A DNA stretch of 59,734 nucleotides, counting the filler. It is 5 parts of 5 records of this genome, joined end to end, with 100 filler letters (N's around TTAATTAATTAA, not from the genome) between each part and the next. Parts side by side here need not be neighbours in the genome. Positions count along the whole stretch, not along the records: positions 39,294 to 52,136 come from SRR31156797_8268; 4 more parts are not named here. One strand, given 5' to 3'. Below, one piece after another: positions 40,539 through 51,000 of this stretch; positions within the stretch are counted from its first letter, which is position 1; the number at the start of each line of letters is the position of its first letter. The notes beneath the pieces are model-generated. The model saw only the letters and a list, made by a program, of their open reading frames with translations, ran no database searches and was not told the DNA's origin. Position numbers and translations under genes: made by a program.

Positions 40539-40748
40539 ATCAAACGTTTCGAATCGGCTTACGAGGGGTTTCGAAATCTTTGAAAAGCTGACAGATCACG
40601 CATTTCATATCTTGCCTTCCATTTCAATTTCCGGGTTGCCTTGCCTGGATCCGCCATAATCGGTATAATGTCCATGGGCCGAATTTTCAATCTTTTTCCT
40701 GGAATTTGCTCAGATAGCCCCCATTGTGGCCCGAAATCAAAAAAAAAA

Positions 40749-40778
40749 GTGACAGGTCAATATGTTTACTGATATAAT
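40749..40778 (+). promoter_or_regulatory. Sigma70-type promoter candidate (GTGACA-N18-TATAAT with extended -10 TG)
   Basis: Perfect TATAAT at 40773-40778 preceded by TGA, upstream of the fibre gene. Confidence 0.45.
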
Positions 40779-40979
40779 AGGTCCGCTTTAAATTTAGGGG
40801 TAAACTCTCTGAACCAAAGACCTATGGCCCAACTGTTAAAAACAATTGAAACGCTGTTGGTTTTTTCGGTAAAATAGAGGGGCTATTGCCTAAGACGGGA
40901 TTAGAAAAATTTTAACATTTTGTTCAATCTTTTATCGCCTAATTCAACAGGGACAGTCAAATCAACGGAGGAAAATGTG

Positions 40980-42293
40980 ATGACTATCAAAGGAAGGTCT
41001 TTTGACTTTAAATTCGTCTTTTGTACACTCGTATTCCTGATGGTTTTGCTTCCATTTCACGCCCTACATGCCCAAGACTCTGAAGGCACTCCTATACAGC
41101 AGGATGTTTACGTGGACTGGCAGATATTGGATGTGGAAGACTTACCGGCTCAAATAACCGTTTCCCTGTACGATTCTGAATCTGCCACCGCACCGCTTGC
41201 CTCCCAGGCGTTTCCAAAGGGGCAATATGCGGTCGATTTCGAATTTAATAAGTCCGACGGCGTGACCTCAGGCCCAATCGCCAGGATTGACGTTGATTTC
41301 ACCAACAAGCTGGACATGGGTGACGACCCGGATAATCCGAATCAAGTCAAAGAAATTTGGACGGAGTTGAAGATTAACGGACAAGTTGTCGGAGACAGGA
41401 CAAAGGTAAATGATGAGACGCTCGTCAGACTTCTCCTGGCCAGTGACGCCGCCATCGCAACCTATCTTACCCTTGCTTATGAAGGGGACGGCAACCCCAT
41501 CACGACCATCTACAAGGACCTACCCCTCGCCTCCGGAACTTCAGCCACCGACTACATCACCTCCGTGTTTGGTTCCGTCGCCGCTTCATCCTCGGAGATA
41601 TCACCTGCAAGCACCACTTCCCCCTTCTGGGAAAAAAATGTGGGTGACGACAACATATCCTACAATGATGGCAATGTGGGTATCGGAACATCGAATCCCG
41701 CAAGGACACTTCATGTACGAGGGTCTTTCACCACACTTAGAATAGATCGTGATGCAGACACCGTCGGCCTTATGATGCATAGATTTCCCAGTGGGGACTT
41801 TTCAACTCCTTGGAAGGGCTTTTTGATCGGCGTCGCTGCATCTGGACCTAATGACGGATATTTTAGAATTTCCGATTACGCCCAGGCAGTTAGCGGCCCT
41901 GTAACTGACCGCTTTGTTATCGACAATGATGGCAATGTCGGAATTGGGCTTGGTGCAACCATGCCGAGTAATGCGCTCGACGTATTCGGGACCATCAGGT
42001 GTAAGGAATTGATCGTTACCAGCACTTGGGCTGATTTTGTATTTCAAGATAATTATAAACTGCCGGCTCTCGATGAGGTAGAGGATTTCATTTCCAAGAA
42101 CGGGCATCTTCCCGGAATCCCTTCAGAGGCCGAAGTCAAGGAAAAGGGCGTCAGCGTTGGAAATATCAGTTCAAAACTCCTGCAGAAAATTGAAGAACTC
42201 ACCTTGTACGTCATTGACCTGAAAAAGGAGAACAATTTACTCAAAGGACAACTTGAGACCATCCAGTCGCAACTCAATGACGAAAAGAAATAG
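40980..42293 (+). CDS. Secreted tail-fibre-like protein with GNVGIG repeats and a C-terminal S74-like chaperone/coiled coil
   Basis: RBS GGAGG at 40967; signal peptide ending ALHA-QD; GNVGIG twice; WADFVF..Y.L..L.EVE.FI..NGHLPGIPS..EV...LLQKIEELTLY followed by a coiled coil. Confidence 0.7.
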   Translation: MTIKGRSFDFKFVFCTLVFLMVLLPFHALHAQDSEGTPIQQDVYVDWQILDVEDLPAQITVSLYDSESATAPLASQAFPKGQYAVDFEFNKSDGVTSGPIARIDVDFTNKLDMGDDPDNPNQVKEIWTELKINGQVVGDRTKVNDETLVRLLLASDAAIATYLTLAYEGDGNPITTIYKDLPLASGTSATDYITSVFGSVAASSSEISPASTTSPFWEKNVGDDNISYNDGNVGIGTSNPARTLHVRGSFTTLRIDRDADTVGLMMHRFPSGDFSTPWKGFLIGVAASGPNDGYFRISDYAQAVSGPVTDRFVIDNDGNVGIGLGATMPSNALDVFGTIRCKELIVTSTWADFVFQDNYKLPALDEVEDFISKNGHLPGIPSEAEVKEKGVSVGNISSKLLQKIEELTLYVIDLKKENNLLKGQLETIQSQLNDEKK

Positions 42294-42353
42294 CAGTTTC
42301 TAAAAGTTGGGTCGCAGGGGCGTTTTCATTTAACCTTTTGAGACATCCTGCCG

Positions 42354-42381
42354 AAGCCCCCCTTTTATAGCGGGGGGCTTT
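42354..42381. terminator. Terminator hairpin between convergent genes
   Basis: AAGCCCCCC-ttttatagc-GGGGGGCTTT. Confidence 0.6.
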
Positions 42382-42432
42382 GAAAATTTTGGACTATCAA
42401 ATGTACAGAGGTTTTCTTCGTTTTTGTCGCAG

Positions 42433-43302
42433 CTAACCGGCCTTTGTGCGGGGCATGAATGTCGCCACCCCAAAAAACAATAAATCCCCACCAACCGTCA
42501 CAAACCGCCCCAATAAGATGGCCAGCAGTAAAACCGGTTCAACAACAGACCCTTTCAACAACATCATCAGCACGAATTCCCGTACCCCCACACCGGCCGG
42601 GGCGCCCGGCGTTACCAAACCGGCGAGCCAGGCCACTACAAAGGCCCCGGAAAGGCTGAATATTTGGAAGAGGACTGCTGAATTTTCTTCCATGAGCAAC
42701 ATGAGCAATCCGACGAATATCATACCGGTAACGGAAAGGAATAGTGCATCCCATCCTACGGCGTACGCAATCGGTGACCCGAAGAATTTACCCAATCCCA
42801 TTGCCACAACAAACAGCACTCCCAAAAAAGCGACCGTTGCAAAAGAGAGCGATACCGTAGGGATTAAATACGGCAGCACAAGAATACCGAATGTTGCCCC
42901 GGTAAAAGAGCTTACAAAAATCTCCAACACGGCAGATTTGGCAAGGGGCCACGCCGGCAATCCGGCTGCCTGCCCGATGGACTGGCGGCCGGCAAAGTGA
43001 AAAATATTGCCGGGCACATACTTGGCCAGTTGTGAAACGCCATAGGCCCGGAGTGCCCAGGCAAATCTAACGCTGACCCCCAAATGATGCAAAAGCCTTT
43101 TCCAGGCCAGGCATAGAAATATGTTGGCGGTTGCGTAGATTACCGTCAGGACAAGCAAAGCCGACCAATGGCTGCATGTAAACCGAGAAAAATCAATTTG
43201 CCCACCGTATTCGGACAGTTTAAACACCACAAACACGACACCGGCGATGCTCAGTGTTGAGCCTGTCCAATTCAGGATATGCTTCAGGCGGGCGGATGCC
43301 AT
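42433..43302 (-). CDS. Lysylphosphatidylglycerol synthase-like (UPF0104) flippase membrane protein
   Basis: SQLAKYVPGN...GR and PGAPAGVGVRE motifs, many TM helices. Confidence 0.8.
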   Translation of the reverse strand: MASARLKHILNWTGSTLSIAGVVFVVFKLSEYGGQIDFSRFTCSHWSALLVLTVIYATANIFLCLAWKRLLHHLGVSVRFAWALRAYGVSQLAKYVPGNIFHFAGRQSIGQAAGLPAWPLAKSAVLEIFVSSFTGATFGILVLPYLIPTVSLSFATVAFLGVLFVVAMGLGKFFGSPIAYAVGWDALFLSVTGMIFVGLLMLLMEENSAVLFQIFSLSGAFVVAWLAGLVTPGAPAGVGVREFVLMMLLKGSVVEPVLLLAILLGRFVTVGGDLLFFGVATFMPRTKAG

Positions 43303-43309
43303 GGGGTAT

Positions 43310-43951
43310 TTACGCTTCTTTCATGCGACGGCATAGGAGTATGGTCCAAGGGATCGGAGAGCGGACCTCCAGCACTTCAAAATGGCGTGACACAAAGGTC
43401 AGAAATTGACGCTTTGACCAGCGTTGTATATGCCCCGGAGTATTCCCCCGATCTTTCAGGTATTTTCCTCTCGCCATATTCATAACGCTCCAAAGGGGCT
43501 CACGCGGCACACTGACAATAAGATAGGGTTGCGCGATGGCCTTTAGGGCAAGCAGCCCTTGTTCCGGGTAATGCAGATGTTCCAAAACTTCCAGGCACAC
43601 TAACAAGCGGGCTGAATCGGTCTCCGGGTCGAGATCATAGATGCTCCTGGCTTTGAAGATATGGGCTGGTAAATCTCGTTCCAAGGCATTTTCCTTCGCC
43701 ATATGAACCACGGAATGGGAGAAATCACTCCCGCACGAATCGATCCCCTGTTCCAGCCATTTTAATGTCCAATAGCCCTCACCACATCCTACCTCGTGAA
43801 TTGTCGAGGGTCTTACCTTGTCCACCAATTCCGTCACAGCCGACTCAAAGGCCCGCATCAACCTTTTCGCAATGAAATTCGATGACCCGTATTTATCGTA
43901 GGTGTTGCCGACGACAACACCGTTCTCAGTCTGGCCTCCCGATATTTTCAT
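43310..43951 (-). CDS. Class I SAM-dependent methyltransferase
   Basis: EVGCGEG, CLEVLEHL, SVPREP, TPGHIQRW. Confidence 0.9.
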   Translation of the reverse strand: MKISGGQTENGVVVGNTYDKYGSSNFIAKRLMRAFESAVTELVDKVRPSTIHEVGCGEGYWTLKWLEQGIDSCGSDFSHSVVHMAKENALERDLPAHIFKARSIYDLDPETDSARLLVCLEVLEHLHYPEQGLLALKAIAQPYLIVSVPREPLWSVMNMARGKYLKDRGNTPGHIQRWSKRQFLTFVSRHFEVLEVRSPIPWTILLCRRMKEA

Positions 43952-44517
43952 AGGGAGAAAGTTATTTTATGGAAGATGCAAAGCTGATTCGCTCCAAACA
44001 AAAAACTTCGATAAACGGAAAGATTCAGATTGCATTCTTTTGACAGGGTCTTGAAGCGAGATTGATCAAGCAATGACTCATGTTCCTCGTTGGCATGCCT
44101 GCTAAACAGTCCAAATATAGAACCTAAACGATGTATCCAGGCAACGGATGGGTGTGGTGTCGTACAAACAATAAAACTGTTGGAATTGTTCATAAGCCGA
44201 AGGGCGAGTTCACGAAGAAAAGCTCCAGGATCTTTTACATGTTCAATGACAGCCATGGCAATTACAGTGTCAAACATTGGTTTTCCGGGGGGCAACATAG
44301 ATTGAAAACGATGCCGGGGGTACTTCTGTTGTGCAATAGCAAGCGATCGCTCGCATATATCAACACCAAGATAAAGATCCGGAGATACCATATTAGCGAT
44401 TATACCCGTACCACAACCCACATCCAAAACTCTACCTTTAAGATATGGCTGTACAGCCTTTAATCGCTGCATTCGAAGAAAGGGTGAAAATAATCCTTCA
44501 GCACCTTGATCAGCCAT
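43948..44517 (-). CDS. Class I SAM-dependent methyltransferase
   Basis: VLDVGCGTG, AVIEHV, TTP. The likely start MADQ overlaps the end of the upstream gene. Confidence 0.85.
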   Translation of the reverse strand: MADQGAEGLFSPFLRMQRLKAVQPYLKGRVLDVGCGTGIIANMVSPDLYLGVDICERSLAIAQQKYPRHRFQSMLPPGKPMFDTVIAMAVIEHVKDPGAFLRELALRLMNNSNSFIVCTTPHPSVAWIHRLGSIFGLFSRHANEEHESLLDQSRFKTLSKECNLNLSVYRSFLFGANQLCIFHKITFSL

Positions 44518-45484
44518 GAATGCTCTCCTCGTTATTTTTTTCGCACGCCACATCCTCTTTTAACTTCGTAGTATAGCGAATATCTTCCAAAATCTTCCGG
44601 TTCGCTGCCAGCAAATCTGCCAGAAACGCCACCAAAACCGTCTGAAAGCCCATCCCAAGAAGTATTCCGGACAAAATAACCGATTGAATATGCCCTTCCC
44701 CTTCGCCCGTCAGGTAGTAATATAAAAAACGCAACCCAATCAGAAAGCCAAGACCGAATAAAACAGCTCCGATGGTCGCAAAGAAACGGAATGGCCGGTA
44801 AATTACAAAAATCCGCACAATGGTAATAATGCTGCTCTTGATATATGAAGGGATGCTTCTAATGAGCCTCGAGGGACGCAAATCTTCATTGACACGAATC
44901 GGCACCGAGGTGATCGCCATGTTCTTCTGTCCGGCCATGATAATGGTTTCGAGTGTGTAGGTATAGTCGGTAAAAACCATCAACTGCTGTGCTGTTTCCC
45001 GTGAAATAGCCCTGAAACCACTGGGGGCATCGGGGATGTCGGTATGGCTTGCCACCCGGACCACCCAACTGCCAATTTTCTGCAGAATTTTCTTGACCGG
45101 GGAGAAATGCTCAATGGTTTCTACGGGTCGGGCGCCAACCACGATGTCCACCTTCCCCTGCATTATGGGAGCAACCAGGGCTGGAATATCATCAGCGTTG
45201 TATTGGTTATCCGCGTCCGTATTGACGATCACATCCGCACCCAGCCGCAGACAGGCGTCCAAACCGCTCATAAACCCTCGCGCGAGCCCCAAGTTACGGG
45301 TGTGTCGCACAACGTGATCAACACCGTGTTCCTTGGCTATCTTAACGGTCTCATCCATACTGCCATCATCTATAATCAGCCACTCCACTTTGTCAAACCC
45401 ACCCACCTTCCGAGGAAGTGCGTTGAGTGCAATAGCCAAAGTCTCCTCTTCATTATAACACGGGATTTGAATGATAAGTTTCAT
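44510..45484 (-). CDS. GT2 polyprenol-phosphate glycosyltransferase (DPM1/GtrB-like) with two C-terminal TM helices
   Basis: IQIPCYNEE, IIDDGS.D, NTDADNQY, D.PSGFRA. Confidence 0.92.
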   Translation of the reverse strand: MKLIIQIPCYNEEETLAIALNALPRKVGGFDKVEWLIIDDGSMDETVKIAKEHGVDHVVRHTRNLGLARGFMSGLDACLRLGADVIVNTDADNQYNADDIPALVAPIMQGKVDIVVGARPVETIEHFSPVKKILQKIGSWVVRVASHTDIPDAPSGFRAISRETAQQLMVFTDYTYTLETIIMAGQKNMAITSVPIRVNEDLRPSRLIRSIPSYIKSSIITIVRIFVIYRPFRFFATIGAVLFGLGFLIGLRFLYYYLTGEGEGHIQSVILSGILLGMGFQTVLVAFLADLLAANRKILEDIRYTTKLKEDVACEKNNEESIHG

Positions 45485-45606
45485 AACTTCTTCTATTTTT
45501 TCGCTACGGTAGCCGACAGGAGGCTGAACCCTTCAATGAAAATGTCCGCCTGATCATCCACCCAAATACGGACTTCCAAATGGTCAACTTTCTTCTCAAG
45601 TGTTAC

Positions 45607-48006
45607 TTATTCCTCAAGCAAAATATTATCAGCAGCATTATTATATTGGGACAAACCCAATCCCACAAAGCGGGGGAAGGTTTTTTGCCCCAGTTCTCCC
45701 ACCACATCGACCACCACCTTTTCACTTTTGGATTTGATTTGCCGGTAGGGGCCATAGAACAGGTAACCTGCCCTGCCATCCGTCTGCATACCTGATCCGG
45801 TATACGTACCAACTTGGCTGGGAATCTTGTCTTTGCCTCGGTATTGGATGCGTTGTAGAGAGTTGCAGGATTTTTCTGACTTATGAACATCTAATAATTC
45901 AATCTCACGTAAAGCAATTCCTAACACCCTTGAATCGTTACTCATACCGAGTGCTTTGGGGGATGTCGCATTTGGAACATGAATGGATATTGTTGTATAG
46001 CCGCTATCGGCATCCTTTAGCTCAGGAGGCAGAATGATCTTACGAGAAATGATGCTGCCAGTCGCTACCATCCAATTCGTTACGCGAACACCGTTCCGAT
46101 CAATAAAGACTTCTTTGGGGGATTCTTTTGATGCATTAAAAACATTAAAGGTTAACTTCAAAGTGCATGTCCCCGTAGTTAAACACTGCTTGAGCAAAGG
46201 AATCTTTAAAGACGATTCAGGACCAGACCAAACATGATTACGTTCAATGCCACTCCAGCCTTCTTGAAGAATGAAATTTAGGTTTGAAGCCTGTGGATTT
46301 ACCTTTAAGGGAAATAGGCTTTTCACATCCCAAATACCCCTTTCCCACAAAACAGGTCCCCCATTCGGACTTATTCCGGTTGGTATCACGTCTTTGAAAC
46401 TAAGGTATTTTGAAAAGGAAAACAAGGGGCCTTCACATGAAGAATACCAATTGCCTGCTCCCATACGTTTTAGTTTGTAATCATACAAAGCAAAACCGAA
46501 ATCACACCAAAATACAAGTCGGTGGTAATTCTTAATATCTGAATTATCGAAGCTCTTAATATCTGAATTATCGAAGGCTATACATTCACCTTTCGGCAAT
46601 CTATCCCTAAGTTCCAGGGCAAGTGCCGTTCTTTTGTGCGCGCCTACTGAAGCCTCATGATGCCAGTTTATTTGCAAAGCAATATTAAAAATGAAAAATA
46701 ATACTATTATAATAAACCCGTACTTCCTAGAAATTAATCCAACCAATGCGATTAGGAAAATACTGGGTAATGCCCAAATCAAAACACCTTGATCACGAAC
46801 ACAAAAGTCTTGCCAAAAGGTGGAAACATTAAAACGTGCCGTATGACCGAAGTCATGCAAACAAAAAAACAATATAAATCCTGCCATTAGTGCAACCGGT
46901 ATGGCCCAAAGAAGTTTTCGCCATGTACCACGCAACAAAGCAACAAGGAGCAGTGGCGCTAAAACACCTTCTAAATATCGCCCATACATTAAATGATCGA
47001 GACGGGTTACATCGGGTGCAATGTTTGACATCATAATCGCGGATAATACGAGGGTACCTGAAATGACGAGTATCAAAAAAATTCCCAAGGGACCATCGTC
47101 ATCATGTTCGATAGAATTTGATTTAATTATATTATTAACTTGGGGCACCAGCAGAAAAAGTCCTAAAACAAACAACCCTACTGTACCAATCGTGGCATAA
47201 AAAAGATGGCCTGACAACACCACTAAAAACTTAGTTATCCCCTCCATAGACATAAAAGGGACAAGCAGACTGGACATGCTCGGATAGTGTAAATTTGGCG
47301 TATTTCCACTGATTGACATCATTTCATGCAGCCAGGGAGTAACAACATTACGATATAAAAAGAGCATTAAAACAGCGATTAAAACCATAACTATCCATAG
47401 CCGCCATTCCAGCCGCCGGTAGCCCATATAAGCGCCAACTATAATTACTGCAAGAACAACGATAGCTGCTTTTGGGTGAACCCAATATAAAAAACCGACG
47501 GATAGACCTAACAGCACCCAATAATTACGGCCATGCTTCCAAGTTAACAACAATGCATAAGTGGTTAGCAGAAAAAACGGTACATAAGCATTTTCCGAGA
47601 ACGAATAACCACTCATAACTACCCACATGGGATAAATAGTCACGATAAAGGCAGCAATAAATCGGCGGGCTTTAGGGATTTTGGAAGCAATTTGATTTGC
47701 TATTGCCAAGAGCAATATAAATACAGATCCCAACAAAATAGAGTTGATTACCTTTACCCAGAGCCATACAGATTTAGGGCCATCGCCAAGCCAAAATGCA
47801 GGTGCTATCAGGAAAGAATATCCAGCATGATAACTGCTGGCTAAGTCATTTTGAAAACCAGCAATAGCTGCTGCATTGGCAAGATAGCATCCTTCATCAG
47901 CTTGAATCATTGGCCCAAGTACGCCAAAGTTAGCAAAGAATGACACTATGGCGATTAAAATTGCGCAGCCTAATGACATATATAAAGTTGAATAAGTCAT
48001 TCTCAA
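45607..48006 (-). CDS. Multi-TM GT-C-like (polyprenol-P-sugar-dependent) glycosyltransferase with periplasmic beta-sandwich domains; probable premature stop
   Basis: DE..YL motif after TM1, SEN, more than 10 TM helices, C-terminal GWS..E...VWS and DSR.LGI domains; the frame stays open beyond the TAA to 45493. Confidence 0.6.
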   Translation of the reverse strand: MRMTYSTLYMSLGCAILIAIVSFFANFGVLGPMIQADEGCYLANAAAIAGFQNDLASSYHAGYSFLIAPAFWLGDGPKSVWLWVKVINSILLGSVFILLLAIANQIASKIPKARRFIAAFIVTIYPMWVVMSGYSFSENAYVPFFLLTTYALLLTWKHGRNYWVLLGLSVGFLYWVHPKAAIVVLAVIIVGAYMGYRRLEWRLWIVMVLIAVLMLFLYRNVVTPWLHEMMSISGNTPNLHYPSMSSLLVPFMSMEGITKFLVVLSGHLFYATIGTVGLFVLGLFLLVPQVNNIIKSNSIEHDDDGPLGIFLILVISGTLVLSAIMMSNIAPDVTRLDHLMYGRYLEGVLAPLLLVALLRGTWRKLLWAIPVALMAGFILFFCLHDFGHTARFNVSTFWQDFCVRDQGVLIWALPSIFLIALVGLISRKYGFIIIVLFFIFNIALQINWHHEASVGAHKRTALALELRDRLPKGECIAFDNSDIKSFDNSDIKNYHRLVFWCDFGFALYDYKLKRMGAGNWYSSCEGPLFSFSKYLSFKDVIPTGISPNGGPVLWERGIWDVKSLFPLKVNPQASNLNFILQEGWSGIERNHVWSGPESSLKIPLLKQCLTTGTCTLKLTFNVFNASKESPKEVFIDRNGVRVTNWMVATGSIISRKIILPPELKDADSGYTTISIHVPNATSPKALGMSNDSRVLGIALREIELLDVHKSEKSCNSLQRIQYRGKDKIPSQVGTYTGSGMQTDGRAGYLFYGPYRQIKSKSEKVVVDVVGELGQKTFPRFVGLGLSQYNNAADNILLEE
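46530..46576. repeat. In-frame 24-bp tandem duplication
   Basis: TCTTAATATCTGAATTATCGAAG at 46530-46552 and 46554-46576 (FDNSDIKS/FDNSDIKN). Confidence 0.9.
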
Positions 48007-51000
48007 TGTCTTTTATCAGCACCCAGCAACACCTTCTTTAGCTGCTCTGTACTTTGCCGCCACGTCAACCAGTGCATATCATCAGATTGGGGGTGGTTGT
48101 CTTCTTCGTAAAGTTTAAGCCATTGCTTGACAGCGTCTGCCAATACTTGCGGCTCAAGTCCATTGAAATAAAACGCATGCTCCCCCGCCACCTCACGGAA
48201 CACCGGGATATCGCGCACAATGATGGGCAATTTATATTGTGAAGCGTTGATTAGAGGGAACCCAAAAACCTCCCCTTCCGAAGCGGCAATGAAGCAAGTA
48301 GAAGCCGTGTAGATCTTCTCCAAGTATTCGTCGCTGATGCCATCCAGCCAGAAAAGTTGTTTATTTAGTTCAGAATGTTGGAGCAGGCGATCTGCCAAGG
48401 AGCCGACCTTCCAACCCTTTTTACCGACCATAATGAGGTTGGCGACAACACCCTGCTCCCAGAGCAGTTCAAAAGCGCCCAAGACCTGCTTCTGACCCTT
48501 TCGTGGTTCGACGGCTCCAACCATCAAGAAAGTCGGGTAACGCGCCAGTTCTTGGAGGACATGGTCGGCATCATCTGGGAAACCGCGGGAGATCATGGAC
48601 TTCTCAATATCAACCCCCAAATGAAACCAATCGATTTTGAACGGGCGTAGCCGTTGGGGACCATGAATCTGATGCCATTCTGTCAAGTCGTCGGCCACTG
48701 ATCGAGAAGTGCATATTGCTCCATCAAAATGACTGACGGTCTCAACCCAATTTTCATATAGCGCCTGAGCATCTTCTGGGAAAAATTGCGGGAACAAAAT
48801 AGGCAATAGGTCATAAACAACAAAAAAGATTTTAATGCCGCGCCGATGCAACCTAAGCAAATAGTCCTTCTGTACAAGCACGACGTCAGGCTGGAAGTCG
48901 ACCCCCAAGAAAATATCACCCGGCCACGCATCAACAACCTCGTCTTCCGCCCATCCGTCATAAACATCCAGAAATTGGCTGGTAAACCGGCGGGCATATC
49001 GATAACCAAGGCTTTCGTTGGCGGCATAAACAGGTTCAACCGCCCACCCATCAGGTGGATTATTCAAAAATTCCCTCAGAAGCGCACGAACAGCAGTTTG
49101 GGTACCATTATTTGAATTGTACTGGGCAAGAATAGAAATATCTATGAGCAATTGCCTGCGGCGGGGACGGGGGGGGAAGTTGTTCGCCAGTAACGTGGCA
49201 AGCCGTGGCCAATCTTGTGCGGGCAAAGACGGTTCAGTATTGGCAAGAGTTTCGACCAATGCCGGCAAACCCACCGATGCTTTTTGGTAATAACGCTCGA
49301 TAGCCTGTGTATATAGTTGTGCACAACGGCGTGGCTGGTGGTGGACATGGATCAACTCCCGAGCCCGCTGTCCCAAGACACGACAGCGGTCGGAATGCCG
49401 CCACAGAAGTGTAAGTGCCTCAACTAATTCATTTTCAGAAAACTCCTCAGGTAACATCCACACGGCATCTGCCGGTAAATCCGCTATTGAACCATTGGCA
49501 TTCACAATGGTCGCCAAACCATAATTCATGCAGTCCAGCACAGCACCCGAGGTCTCGCCGCGGGAAAGGGTACGCAATTGGACGCCGACATCAGCAGCAG
49601 CCAACCAGGTTCTATATTTTTCAGCGTCCACCCATCCGGTAATTTCGACGGTTCTTTCCGTCGGACTACCGCGCATTGTACGAACCAAATCAGCACCGTA
49701 CTGATAGGGGTGGTTTTGTCCTACGAAGACCAGGCAACAATGGGGATCATTTGCCAGGGGGGAAGCGAGCCATGCCGCAAGCAGGCGATGATTGAGCTTG
49801 GTTGGCGCCAAATGTCCAAAGCTGCAAACCACAAAATCCTTCTCCGATAACCCGAGTGTTTGCCGTGCAGCGTGTCGATCCACTTTGACTGCAGGCACAC
49901 GCAGAAGTGGAATCACGTCACAACCGTCTACCCCTGTGCCGTACCAGCTCTCGGCTAAACGACACGAAAATGCCGAATGGACAATTACGCCCCGGGCCTG
50001 CTGCAAAACCTCAATATTGCATGGATACGCCAGAACCACATCGGCCTGATCTTTTGTCCGGTATCGTCTCTGCAACGCAGGCCATCCATGAGAATGAATG
50101 AGCGCATGAGCCCAAACATTGGGCTTGTCACCTTCCATATAAGCAAGAATGCCCGAGAGAAAGAAATCATGTAGCACAACAACACCCGCAAACTCACCCA
50201 ACAGATCAAACATATGGCGGTGAAATTGCGAATTCCCAAAGTGATACATGATCCGATCGAACCGGTTTGCATTTGATCTGAACCAATCGACATCTCGGAT
50301 CGGGCAATTGGCACGCACCCAGGGATCCGACACTTCCTTTTGAGCAACAATCACCTCAATGGCGTAGTGCCTTGAGAGTTCGGGCAGTAGTTCAACACTA
50401 TAGTCTGCAATACCGCTCTGTTCCGGCGGTAGGGGTGAGACGTAGGCAAGGCGGGGACGTCGTGCAGCCACGGGGAAGACCTGTACCGAAGCCGTCTGCT
50501 GCCGTTGTACAACAAACTTTTCCAGCGCCTGCCAGGCGAGTTTTGCACTCTGCTCCCAGGAAAAGCTTTTTACCTGTTCCAAACTATAGCGCTCGAGTTC
50601 TGCACGAATATCTTCATTAGTCAGTACCTCCGCCATCTTGCATGTAATGGCTTCTTCATCGAAAGGGTCAAACAAAGCCTCATCGCGCCCGATTACCTCT
50701 GGTATGCTTGAAGTATTAGATCCAATCACCGCACAACCACAAGCCATCGCCTCCAAGGCCGGCAAACCAAAACCTTCGTGCCAGGAGGGAAATACAAATA
50801 GTTTACACATATTGTAGAGGTCGAGGAGATCCTCTTCCGGCACGAAGCCGGTCAGTACAAGTTCGTGTTTCTTGAGCCCATATTTTTTGGCAAGCTTTTG
50901 AAGGTGCTGACGATCTTGTGACTGTATGGCGCACACAATTGCGAGTTGATGCTTTCCTCTTAAGACCTTTGGCAACTTTGCATAAGCACGAATGAGGCCT

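Noticed and set aside
45607-45609. Programmed recoding (Sec/Pyl) at the internal stop
   Set aside because: The codon is TAA, not TGA or TAG, and no SECIS-like element was recognised.
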